A stretch of 63,436 bases of DNA, counting the filler, from Reclinomonas americana ATCC 50394 (Eukaryota), in the NCBI GenBank assembly GCA_048213135.1. It is 17 parts of 17 records of this genome, joined end to end, with 100 filler letters (N's around TTAATTAATTAA, not from the genome) between each part and the next. Parts side by side here need not be neighbours in the genome. Positions count along the whole stretch, not along the records: positions 1 to 1,731 come from AFZH01023048.1; positions 1,832 to 5,964 come from AFZH01023049.1; positions 6,065 to 9,102 come from AFZH01023050.1; positions 9,203 to 11,372 come from AFZH01023051.1; positions 11,473 to 15,419 come from AFZH01023053.1; 12 more parts are not named here. One strand, given 5' to 3'. The position numbers were made by a program, and so were the translations under genes. Shown piece after piece: positions 1 to 15,171 of this stretch; within the stretch, counting starts at the first letter, position 1, and the number at the start of each line of letters is the position of its first letter. Below the pieces are notes generated by a model. It ran no database searches. It was not told the origin of the DNA and saw nothing but the letters and a program-made list of their open reading frames with translations.

Positions 1-4370
<4,370 letters not shown>

Positions 4371-4436
4371 GGTGCCTGTGGAACCGTGCTGTGAGCATTT
4401 TTCACGTGGAAGTCGCGGAACATCCTCTTCCGACTC

Positions 4437-5700
4437 ACCTGGAGAAAACGGATTCCACGGGTCGATGGGTCGCAGGATCGGTGCTGGCGTCGGTAATCTC
4501 AGCGTTCCTGTGTGTGTACATCAACAACGGGTGGGCGGGCGAGAGAAGCACAGAGAAAGAGACAGATGACCAACTCACCAGCCCACTGGCCCGAATAAAC
4601 ACGCACAATCGAGTCGGCCGAGGCCGACGCAAACAACCGCGGAACATTGACGGCCGAGTCGCGCTCGCCACCCTCGCACCACGCCACCGCCCACAGACGC
4701 TCGCCCTGCGGATCGTGCACCGCACCCACCAGCAGCTCACTGGCATCCAGTTGAGCCTCGCTCTCGGCGCTGGAAGCATGCAGCCCCCACGCTCGCACAG
4801 TACGATCGGCACCGCACGACAGCACAACGCCGCAGTCGGCATTCGTGGCCGCCACACCGGTGCTCTCGTCACGCAAATGCGCCGCCTCAATCACTCGCTT
4901 GCATTCGCCACGCGAGGCGTCCCACACACGAATGGTGCCGTCGCCGCTGGAGGAGAAGAGTGTGGACTCGCCGACACCGCACCACGACACACCGGTGACA
5001 AGCCGCTGATGGCCCTCCAACACGTGCACACAGCGGCCGTCGATGCTCCACACGCGCACCGTGCGGTCGCCACTGGCCGTGGCAATCATGGGCCGCCGCG
5101 AGTGCGAAAACGCCACACGCGAGAGGCTCTCGGTGTGCCCGCGCAGCGTGCTGATGCAGTGCCCGGAGCGCAGACTCCACACCTTGGCGGTCTTGTCCCA
5201 CGACGCGGTGGCGGCGAGGCCACCGGCCACCGACGTGGCGCTGACGCCCCAAATGGGCTTGTTGTGCGGCATGTCGCCGCCACCGTGCGACGACGAATTC
5301 AACTCGAGAGTGCACTGACCCGTCTCCACGTCCCACAGACGAGCCACGCAGTCGCGGCAGCCGGTGACCAGGCGGCGTTCGTCGACCCATGCCACGGATG
5401 TTACCTGCCGGAGAGGAGAAGGGAGAGTGAGGGAGAGAGAGGAGGGTAGGCGGAAGGAGAGGGGGAACTCACCGCGGCGGTATGTGGATCCGACAGAATG
5501 GCGTGCGACACCCAGTTCACCGTGCCTTCGCCTTCCGTGCTCTGGTCTTCAGTCTCCTCAGCCGTCGCCGCTCGCCATAACCTCACCGTCTTATCGGCTG
5601 ATGCACTGGCCAGCAACATGACCGCGGAACCTGCGAGCGAGAGTGATTGAGTGATTGTCACTCAATCCAAGCGGTATGCCCCCACGGCTCGTTCTTGCCC
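4437..5700 (-). CDS. WD40-repeat protein (intron-containing, 5' end truncated by gap)
   Basis: ORF 4499-5395 has multiple GH...WD repeats (LRGHTESLSRVAF...ATASGDRTVRVW; LEGHQRLVTGVSW...SSSGDGTIRVWD); an upstream exon gives LASASADKTVRLW. Confidence 0.9.
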
Positions 5701-5894
5701 ACACACAGAGAACAGAGACACATCAGAGAGAGAGAGAGAGAGCGCGTAACATACACACTCACTCACTCCCCCAATCACTCTCTGACTCACTCACTCACAC
5801 TCTCTCTCTCTCACTCACACACACACTCACTCACTTCCCCACTCACTCTCTCTCTCTCACTCTCTCTCACACACACTCTCTCTCTCACTCTCAC

Positions 5895-5943
<49 letters not shown>

Positions 5944-6563
5944 CACATACACTCACTCACTCACNNNNNNNNNNNNNNNNNNNNNNNNNNNNNNNNNNNN
6001 NNNNNNNNTTAATTAATTAANNNNNNNNNNNNNNNNNNNNNNNNNNNNNNNNNNNNNNNNNNNNAGAGACGGCCAGCATGTTGGTGCAAGTGCATCGATG
6101 CGCAGCGAGCTCGAATTCGCAAACGATCAGAGACTGCGGTGTTGCGATCAAGAAAGCTGTAGCATCGCACCTGCGCTCAACCTGTTTTAAGCTGATCGCT
6201 TTTCCTCGCTGGAACTGGTCCTGTTGCATTCGCGACTTCGAATCCGGATGCGTCTTCCAGCTCCTTAATACGCGTACGAATTCCCCATACGTTTCCCAGG
6301 CCAGTTTACCTTGCTGCACCACCTATGAAGTCGATGCCCTCTATCCACATGCGAGCCTGCCGGCAACCTCGACGTCGAGCCGGAAAATGCAGATTTTTGA
6401 TGTGGTTGTCGAGAAAATCGAAGTCGAAACGGTGGATTCGTTCGAATCCTTCATCTTGCGTGTGTGTGTAGTGACGCGCAGTGTCTCTCTCTCTCCCACT
6501 CTCTTCCCCACTCTCTCCACACTTGCGCCCCTCACTGCCTGCTGTCACGCACGCACACACGTC

Positions 6564-8569
6564 ATGCTGACGACTGCGGCAGTTGGCGCGCATCATCGCG
6601 ACGACACTGCGCTGCTCGCCTTCTCTGCCCCCGCTGCCTCCTCATCATCATCCTTCTCCTCCTCCTCTTCATCATCATCATCATCGTCGTCATCATCATC
6701 ACCAGCGTCGAGCCTGATCGAATCCACTCTCCAACAGTACCACCACCATGGTGTTGGCGCGCAATCCGTTCGCGCGCCCAGTCACTATCTCCTCAAGGAT
6801 TCTCCTGTCAAGTTGTCTGCCGCGTCATCACTGTCATCAACTGTTGCCTCCTCGTCCACGCGCCAACAACAACAACAACAGCGTCGCTGGGAGTTGCGTG
6901 CTTGGTGTGAGTGTGTGTCAGTTGATCTTCGTTGGTCTGATGGTCAGCAGCAGAAGAGCAGGTAGTGGTGGTGGTGGTGGCGAATCACCTCTGCCAGTGT
7001 CGATCGACAGCGAGATGAGGAGTAGTGGGCATGGGAAGGACACAGTCACGGCGGAGACCATTATGCATCGCTCGGCGTCGCTGTTGTCGCCGACGTTGAT
7101 GAGTGGTAGTGGTGTGACGACGCCCACGGGTATGGCGGTGAAGCTGGTGGACGATGAGAAGGAGACGAGCACGTTGTTGCCGTTGCATGAGAACAGCAAT
7201 GGGAGTGGAGCGGCGGGCGCCAAGACGTTTGCGCGATACGCCGCCCTCACGTTTGGCGTGTGGGCGTCGCACTTGTTGGTGTCGTACATTCAGGTTTGCG
7301 TGCGCGTGGTCGTTTTGCATGCGATCGCTGCATGCTTACTCCTTTGCGCAGGAGTACATTGCCGTGACGCTGAATCAGAAGCACTGCGGCTTTTTCATTA
7401 CGTTTTTTGATTCCCTCCTCATGGCGTGCTTTCTCGGCGCGCGCACAAGAGGCGTCTACATTCGGCAACCGTGGCTGTTGCGTGGGTGGAGTAGTAGGGG
7501 TGCGCTTCTCTTGTTGCGTGAGCGCGCTCACCCTCCACGACGCAGAACACGCAAGGTCGGCATGTGCGCCATCACCAGCATATGTACGTCGTTTGCGAGG
7601 GCACTGACAAGTCAGGCGCTGGCATATGTGAATCAAGCCACGTCGGTTCGTTTCTCTCTCTTTTGCTTCTTTGCGTCCCACCCGTTGTTCATTTTGCTGG
7701 TGAGCGCAGACGGTGGTGAAGAGCTGCAAATTTGTGGCGGTATTATCGTTTGGATTTTTTGTGCGAGGTCGACGCTTCTCCATGCCCGAAGTGGTCTCAG
7801 GCGTGCTGATGGTGGTCGGTCTCGTGCTGCTGTTTGTCGACATGGCCAAGACGTCCTTGTCGTTCTCGTACCTCGGTGTGTTGCGGTATCCCGGTGTGGA
7901 AGTGCGCTCGAACACTTGTTTGTCTCACATCAATATCGCGTTGCAGGAATGGGCATGCTGTTGATCTCGCTGGTGTGCGACGCCGTCTACCCGAACGTGC
8001 AAGAGGTGCTGCTGCAGAACCACAAGATGCCGGTGGATGAGCTGGTACTGCCTTCTCCTCTTATCTCCTCCAACACTCGCTTTCATGCCTCATCACCCCC
8101 TGCGCCCGCAGCTCTTCCGCCTGTTTGTGTTCTCGGCGCTGCAAATGTTTGTCATGTCGCTGTTCACGGGCCAGCTGTGGTCGTCGTTCGGGTACATGAT
8201 GGAGAATCCGTGGTACATTTTGTTGCTGGTCGTTGCGTCGCCTGGTCGCTCTACCTTCCCTCCAATCCTCCGCTTCCTCACGAAAAATGGTGCTGGCAGG
8301 CGTTTTCATTTTTGCGCACGGCCGGCTCGGACCTGGTGCTGCGAATCATCGCCTCGTTTGGCATCTTCCACTCGGAGTTGGTGACGACGACGCGCAAGGC
8401 GCTGAGCGTCGTCATCTCCTTCCTGACCTTCCCCAAGCCATTCACCCTCGGCTTCGCCGTCGCATCGATGCTGGTCCTCGGCGGCATCACCGTCGGCCTG
8501 CATCGCGTGCACTCCAAGGACGCATCGTCGTCGTCCACGCCCGTGGGTAATAGAAAGCGATCAAAGTAA
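6564..8569 (+). CDS. Nucleotide-sugar/PAPS transporter, SLC35B (UAA) family, multi-exon; start uncertain (6564 or 7015)
   Basis: Exon translations VVKSCKFVAVLSFGFF...RRFS, GMLLISLVCDAVYPNVQEVLL and LVTTTRKALSVVISFLTFPKPFT match UAA-family motifs; stop TAA at 8567-8569. Confidence 0.8.
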
Positions 8570-8630
8570 ACTTCGTGGTAGAAAAAAAGCTTGATGTCGA
8601 CGTCGACGGACAAAACGAGAGAAGCCAAGA

Positions 8631-11320
8631 ATGGACGGCGCAGAGACGACGACGACTCCTGTAGTGATCGCCACCACACACAGCGAAGGCGGACCTTCAC
8701 AATCCGCCTCTGCCGCCAGTGCAGCAGCGCCACCAGTCAAGAGCAGCGGATGGAAGAAGAAGAAGAAGAACAGCCGTACCTTTGTGCTGGTCAGCCGCGG
8801 CTACCGCGAGGGAGAGATCAGCGACCGCGTGTTTGTGCCCGTCGACGGCGATGACTCGGTTTGTTTGTTTCTTGTTGTTTGTGTGTGTGAGGTCTGTGCA
8901 TGTGAATGTGCACATGGCCGACGAGACACTTCACAGCGCCCGAATCCCTTTGCGGATCCCTCAGAGATCACAAGCACGACTACCACAACAACCACTGCAC
9001 AGGCCGCAGTGAAGAAGCCGAAGCGCAAAGTGGAAGAGGAGGTCGAATCAGGGTGCGTTCTTCCGCTCCCTCTCTGTCAGTCTCTCTCTCTCTCTCTCTC
9101 TCNNNNNNNNNNNNNNNNNNNNNNNNNNNNNNNNNNNNNNNNNNNNTTAATTAATTAANNNNNNNNNNNNNNNNNNNNNNNNNNNNNNNNNNNNNNNNNN
9201 NNCGTGGGATTGGGGAGTGATGATGACGATGAAGGTGAATGGGGGGAAGGGAGAAGGGAGGGGGGATGGCAAGGGAAGAGGGAGAAGAGGGAGAAGGGGG
9301 AGAAGAGGGAGAAGAGGGAGAAGAGGGAGAAGAGGGAGTGAAAGAGGCAGGGAGAAAAGAGGCAGGAGAGGAGAGAAAGAGAGAGAGAAGAAGAAGAGAG
9401 AGAAGGAGAGAGAGAGACCACTCAGTCGTTGGCGACGTGGTGGAGCGCTCTGTTGGACCCGTGAGGGAAAAAGAACGAGGGCGTCTATGAGAGAGCGGCG
9501 AAGGGGCGGAGAGAGGGTGTATGAGATACTGGTGCTTCTGTTTCGCTTCCTGAGAGAAGGATGAGGCCGTGTCTGTGTGAGTGAGAGAGAGCAGGCGAAT
9601 GGAGTGGAGAGAGTGAATGGAGTGATAAGGTTGTCGGGGCATTCTGTTTCGCTTCCTGGGAGAAGGTTAAGCGTGTCTATGTGAGAGTGGGGCGAGTGAT
9701 GAGTTGTTGGGGCATTGTGTTTTACTCTGTGGACAAGGATGTGCTCGTCTGTGAGAGGAGATGGGAGAGACAGAGGAGTGAGAGGTCGCTGTGGCATTCT
9801 GTTTCGCTCTCTCGGCGAAGGATGAGTGTGTGTGAGAGCAGGTGAAAAGAGTGGAGAGGGGGAAGTTAGTGGTGAAAATGAGCGCGTGTGCGTGAGAGAG
9901 AGAGAGAGAGAGCAGGCGCAAGAGAGGGGGGATGAAGTCGCTGGAGGCATTCTGTCTGCGTGTTAGTGTGTGTGTGTGCGTGCGTGCGAGGGAGAGAGAA
10001 TTTTGAAAGATGTGGAGATTGAAGGGAGTGATAGGTCGTTGGAGGCATCTCGTTGAAGGCATCTCGCTCACTCTGTTTCTCTCTCTCTGCGTGTGTGTGT
10101 TGGGAGAGAGAGCGAGAGAGCAGGTGAATGAGCAGTGAACAGATGAGAAACGCGCGCCCGTGATACAGCTTGCACACAGGCACTTGATTCATCTCATCGC
10201 TTCGGTCTCACTGTCCTCCTCCCTCCTCCTCCTTCCGTACCAGGCATCGCCGACGACTTTGTGCAACTGGCCGGCGGTGTGGTGGAGCGCGACGAGGACT
10301 GCGAGCTGATTGCTGGCAACAAGAAAAAGGCGGCGCGGTCCACACGCTTGGTGCGCTTCGAGGAGGCCGACCGCTACTCCACCGTGTCGGGCGGCACCGT
10401 CAAGTCGAACAAGAGTGGCAAGGGCGCACGACGGATGGTCGATCTCGACGACGATTGGAGGACATCGTTTTCCACGGTGCGTACCGAGGATTTGCAGTTG
10501 CTGGATGATCGCTTCGACAAGGTGAGGATGATGATGAAGATCATGAGGGCTCTGGCTGCTTTGGAGCTCATTGCACGATGTCATATGCAAAGGCGTTTGA
10601 GGACTACGAGGACGAAGAGTGTGGCGAGTTGTCGGGCGACGATCCGCGTGTCCTGGGTCCGCAGTCGATTGACGAGTTTGGCGATGTGATCGACGAGTTC
10701 ATTGAGCAGTATGCCGACGAGTTGAAGCATCTGTGCGCCCCGATTGCCGAGTCGGCGCAGCGGACAGAGGGCGAGGCGATGAAGCTGAGCGAGGATGAGG
10801 TGTCGCGAGTAATCACTGTGATGCAGGTCTGCTCTCCCTTACGGTGTGCTGTGGCTTGGCATGTGGGTGTGATGACTTATGTGCTGTGTGTCCCACCCAG
10901 ACACAACTGGCGGCGGGTGATCGATTCGAGTACGTGGAGGTGCACGAGAAACCGGACGAGCCGTGGGACATTCAGTCGGCCACGAGTGCCGCCACCAACA
11001 CGGAGAATCACCCGACCGTGGTTGCAGGGCCACCGTCGCGGCGCGCGCGGAAGCAAATCAAAATCGGACCGCGTGGAATCGCCGTTGTGGAGGACGAGCC
11101 GGCGAGTGGAAAGGGCAAGAAGGGCGACAGAAAGAAGAAGGCTGCGGGGAGTGACGATGACGATGACGACGATGCCGCCAGCGATGACATGGACGAGGAT
11201 GAGGCTGCACGACAGGCGCGCGCTGCCGAACTGCACGAACTATCGCAGCGGAGACCCGACGAAACAAAGGAGGAGAAGAAGGAGCGCAAGAGGCGTCTGA
11301 AGGAGTTGAAGAAGGTGTGT
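8631..11320 (+). CDS. LTV1: LTV1-like 40S ribosome biogenesis factor, split across the gap at 9103-9202 and truncated at the 3' end
   Basis: N-terminal KKKKNSRTFVLVSRGYRE...RVFVP; later DDFVQLA, LQLLDDRFDK, WDIQSATSAATNTENHP (cf. WDCESILSTYSNLYNHP) and RRPDETKEEKKERKRRLKE. Confidence 0.8.
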
Positions 11321-11472
11321 TTGATGAAGAGAGAGAGAGAGAGGGTTATGGAAGGGAGGCGACTGGTTTATTNNNNNNNNNNNNNNNNNNNNNNNNNNNN
11401 NNNNNNNNNNNNNNNNTTAATTAATTAANNNNNNNNNNNNNNNNNNNNNNNNNNNNNNNNNNNNNNNNNNNN

Positions 11473-12372
11473 CAAATGGTGGTGATGCTGCACCAGTGCG
11501 CGCTGCGCAGGATCCCTTTGTGGGCGCCTCGGTGTGCTCCTCGGATGTCTACTGGCGAGTTGGAGTAATCAATCATTGTCGTCTGCTATTGGTGACTAAA
11601 TGTATCGCTTGTGTGTGGTGCAGCGTCCGCTCTTACTTGGCGCCGTGTTTGACGACCGCGGCCAACAAGGTGCTTCTCGATGCGCTTCCCTCCGTGGAGG
11701 AGATGTCGGGCGGTGGCGCTGGTGGAGTCACGCGCGCAGAGGTGCAGAAAATGCTGTCGAACCCGTCGAACTCGCTGTCGAGTTTCTGGGAGGGTGCGTG
11801 CGCTGTGTGATGTCCGTTGCCTTTGTCTGTGGTGGTGCTCACTCTCTTGCGTGGGCGATTGTAGGCTTGTGCTGCGGGTGCGTCGTCGTCGTTGTCGTAG
11901 TTGCTGCTGTAGTTGTTTGTGAAAACGACCTCGCATTCTTATCCGTTCCTCCTGTACGCAGACTGTTCTTCCTGCCGTGCTACGCGGTGAGCGAGCGTCG
12001 TCGTCTGCGACAGGTGCGTTGCTTTTGACCTTTGCATTGTCTGTTGGTGCTTATCATAGTCATTTGCACGCAGGCGCCGCGCCCGCACGGTGGATTCTGG
12101 CGCACCGATGGGACGTGCGGTGACATCGTCTGCGGTGCGTGCGTGTATGTGTGTGTTCTCCCCGACCTGCCAACGCCCACTCACATGTCCTTCCTTCCGC
12201 AGGCTTCTTTTGCTCGTGCTGCAGCACGCACCAAGTGAGCCAGGCGTTTGCGCTCAACATCACCGGGCACACCACGATCGGCAGCATGGTGACCTCGATT
12301 CGCGATCCGAGCAGCCGCGGCTCGTACCAGGAGAAGGCGACTCTTGACTCGCCGGCCACTGAGGACGTCTGA
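11473..12372 (+). CDS. 3' part of an unidentified multi-exon membrane protein
   Basis: GT..AG-bounded segments with hydrophobic translation; the last exon ends ...TLDSPATEDV-TGA at 12372. Confidence 0.4.
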
Positions 12373-12740
12373 TATGTCGCCCTCCGCCGCGCGCTCTCCG
12401 CAGCAACGCGCCCGGTGGAGGATCCTCTCTCTGTTGTGTGGCATCCAGTGCACTTGAGCTTGCACTGGTGGTCTATATTCTCCTCCTTTCCCTCTCCCTC
12501 CTCCTCCTTGTCTCTGTGTATCCAGTGCGTCTTCTCTCGATGCCCTTCTATCCACGCAGCGTGCGAACGGGTGCATGCAAGCGTGTTGTTGCTTTCACAC
12601 TCTGTACTCTCTATGTGCCAGTTGTTGTTGTTCACCACTTGCATTGTATGTACCAGTCAATCGTGCGACGTGCTGATCTCTTTCTACTGTTGTGTTGTCG
12701 TTCCCCGCACCCGCCTGCACCTCTGCTCACCTAGCATTCA

Positions 12741-12894
12741 CGAGGACCAAGCGGGTGACCTTGGCACATCGTTACTTCGTCTAATAAGCGCGTGGTCGCG
12801 GGTTCGAGTCCCGCCGCCGGTTGTCTGCCGCCGGCGTAGCTCAGTCGGTAGAGCACGTATATACGATTGCCGCACTACACCCGTGACATCCTCG
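12741..12894 (+). tRNA. Circularly permuted tRNA-like gene, unit 1: 3' half 12778-12822, 7-nt linker, 5' half 12830-12857; anticodon AAT (12783-12785)
   Basis: T arm GCGGG-TTCGAGT-CCCGC and acceptor 3' strand CGCCGGT precede acceptor 5' strand GCCGGCG and D arm TAGCTCAGTCGGTAGAGC; rejoined anticodon arm CG|CGT-CTAATAA-GCGCG; paired flanks CGAGGA..TCCTCG; T-tract from 12897. Confidence 0.8.
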
Positions 12895-13303
12895 CCTTTT
12901 TCTTTTGGCACAGGCTTTTGTTTTTGTCGGTATTTGGGTGGGAGGTGATATCCGTCTATCGTTGGCGTGATGATGATGGACGAGCGGCTGCTGAGGCGAG
13001 GTGAGTCACTGTGTCGTGTGGAACAGCACCGCAGCAGGGCTGAGAAGCTGAGAGGCCAGGCAGCATTCAGTTGCCGGAAAAATCTGTGTTGCGTTCGAAT
13101 GTCTTTTTTCTCTGCTGATTCCACAGATGCACGAGTGGGGGAATGGAACTCGTTGGCCTTGATGTGTAAGCAGGGGAGGATTCATGTCGAATCGAATGCT
13201 CACTGATCTACGGTAAATCCTGCATGCATGTACGCGCGTCTGCAGCCGCTGTTAACGTCTTGTGTTCAGGCAGCCCATGCCTTCTTCGGCCACCTTCTAT
13301 TCT

Positions 13304-13453
13304 CGAGGACCAAGCGGGTGACTTTGGCACATCGTTCCTTCGTCCGTAAAACGCGTGGTCGCGGGTTCGAGTCCCGCCGCCGGCTTTGTGCCGTCGTAGC
13401 TCAGTGGTAGAGCACGTATATATGATTGCCGCTCTTCACCCGTGACGTCCTCG
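13304..13453 (+). tRNA. Circularly permuted tRNA-like gene, unit 2: 3' half 13341-13385, 5' half 13390-13416; loop CCGTAAA (anticodon GTA with atypical C33)
   Basis: Same architecture; anticodon stem CG|CGT/ACGCG; acceptor GCCGTCG/CGCCGGC with one mismatch. Confidence 0.75.
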
Positions 13454-13805
13454 CCCTTCTTTTTTGCAACACAGGCTTTACTTTTTGTCGGCATTTTCGG
13501 TGGGAGGTGATGCCCAACTACCGATGGCGAGGTGAGTCACTGTGTCTTGTGCACTAATATGCGTCACAGCGGAGCACTGCTGCTCGCGCTGGTGGCAGGG
13601 AGGGGCAGGCAGCGTTCAGTGCGTGGCTCCACAGATGCACGAGTGGGGGAATGGAACTCATTGGCCTTGTTGTGCAAGCAGGGGAGGATCAATGACGTGC
13701 ACGCCGATCTACGGTAAATCCTGCATGCGCTACGTGTATGATCTCTTCAGCAAGCACTGTTGACATCAGTTCATACAGCCCATGCCTTCGGCCACCTATA
13801 CTTCT

Positions 13806-13954
13806 CGAGGACCAAGCGGGTGACCTTGGCACATCGTTACTTCGTCTTTAAAACGCATGGTCGCAGGTTCGAGTCCCGCCGCCGGCTTTGTGCCGTCGTA
13901 GCTCAGTGGTAGAGCATGTTCTACGATTGCCGCTCTTCACCCGTGACGTCCTCG
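13806..13954 (+). tRNA. Circularly permuted tRNA-like gene, unit 3: 3' half 13843-13887, 5' half 13892-13918; anticodon TTA (13848-13850, complementary to UAA)
   Basis: Anticodon arm TG|CGT-CTTTAAA-ACGCA with a compensatory T27-A43 pair; one mismatch in the T stem and one in the acceptor stem. Confidence 0.75.
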
Positions 13955-14366
13955 CCCTTCCTTTTTTTGCAACACAGGCTTATGTTTTTGTTGGCATTTT
14001 CGGTGGGAGGTGATGATACCAAACTATCATCGACATGATGGACGAGTGCCCTCTGAGCAGAGGTGAGTCGCTGTGTCGTGTGCACTACGTCATGCGGTAG
14101 AGTGTCGCAGCAGCAAAGTGGCCACATGCATGCAGCGTTGAGTTGCCCAAGAAATCTTTGTTGAGTTCGAATGTCTTTCTCTGGCGGTCTCAATCTTCCG
14201 TGTGCTCCACAGATGCGCAAGTGGGGAAGAATGGAGCTCGAGACATTGTTGTGCAAGCAGGAGAGGAAATGTCGTGCAATGATCTTGTGTAAAACCTGCA
14301 TGCGTTGCGTTTGACTCTTCTTGACATCAGTTCAAGCAGTCTATGCCTCCAACCACCTTCAATACT

Positions 14367-14525
14367 CGAGGATGCAGCAGGTGACAATGGCATATCGTTC
14401 CTTCTCATTAAACACGGGGTCGTGGGTTCAAGTCCCACCGTCGGTCCCTTGTCGCCGACGTAGCTCAGTCGGTAGAGCACGTGCACGAACCTATACGATC
14501 GCCGCACTTCACCTGTGGCGTCCTC
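14367..14525 (+). tRNA. Circularly permuted tRNA-like gene, unit 4 (divergent, aberrant anticodon arm CTCATTAA-ACACG)
   Basis: T arm GTGGG-TTCAAGT-CCCAC and acceptor GCCGACG/CGTCGGT show compensatory changes; D arm intact; the anticodon region is 2 nt shorter than in the other units. Confidence 0.65.
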
Positions 14526-15006
14526 ACTTTTCTTTTTGGCTCACAGGTTTCGCTTTTTGTCGGCTTGGGGGGCAAGGGAGGGAGGTGACACCCAACAAAT
14601 ATGCAGTTGCAATTTCATGCACCAACAAACAACAGGTGTCTGTCATTGACATGATGCACGAGCGCCCGCTGGGGCGAGGTGAGTCGTTTTGTCGTGTGGT
14701 ACAACGTCGCAGCAGGGTACTGCCGCTTGAGCAGGTGGCAGAGAGGCCTGCAGAGTTGTCCGATATCTGGGTCGTGTTCGAATTCCTTTTGTGGCTTCAG
14801 CTGGCGACCTCAGGCATTCCACAGATATGCGAGTGGGAGAGTGGAGCTCGAGGGTCTGTTCTACGACCAGGAGAGGATCGATGTCGAGCGCGATTTGTCG
14901 AATGCGGCGGTGCGCTGCGCTGAGCGGTATATCGCGTTGTCATCTGCTCTGCATCCTCTGCAGACGTCTGTTCAAGCACCCCATGCATTTAGCCACCTAT
15001 TGTACT

Positions 15007-15166
15007 CGAGGATCCAGCAGGTGACCATGGCTTATCGTTACTTCGTCTTCAAAACGCGTGGTCGCGGGTTCGAGTCCCGCCGTCGGCTTCCATACTTTGT
15101 CGCCGACGTAGCTCAGTGGTAGAGCACGTTCCTATGCGATTGCCGCCCTTCACCTGCGACATCCTC
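15007..15166 (+). tRNA. Circularly permuted tRNA-like gene, unit 5: 3' half 15044-15088, 13-nt linker, 5' half 15102-15128; anticodon TCA (15049-15051, complementary to UGA)
   Basis: Rejoined 72-nt cloverleaf GCCGACG TA GCTC AGTGGTA GAGC A CG|CGT CTTCAAA ACGCG TGGTC GCGGG TTCGAGT CCCGC CGTCGGC T with all stems Watson-Crick paired. Confidence 0.8.
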
Positions 15167-15171
15167 TTCTC

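Noticed and set aside
4391..5449. 352-aa plus-strand ORF and similar long antisense ORFs (25406-26368, 26292-27200, 28921-29850)
   Set aside because: Shadows of well-supported genes on the opposite strand in GC-rich DNA.
9147..10192. Long S/L/P- or R/E/G-rich ORFs here and at 42271-43058, 45098-46236 and 46863-47689
   Set aside because: Stop-poor purine/pyrimidine-skewed intronic sequence with no recognisable domains.
12830..15088. Reading the array as normal-order tRNAs with ~480-nt introns (5' half of unit n with 3' half of unit n+1)
   Set aside because: Compensatory pairs match within units rather than between them (T27-A43 in unit 3; CAGGTG/CACCTG in unit 4). T-tracts follow each 5' half, and the array starts with a 3' half and ends with a 5' half.
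15044..15128. tRNA-Sec (TCA anticodon)
   Set aside because: It has a 5-nt variable loop and a 7/5 acceptor/T fold, with no long variable arm or 9/4 fold.
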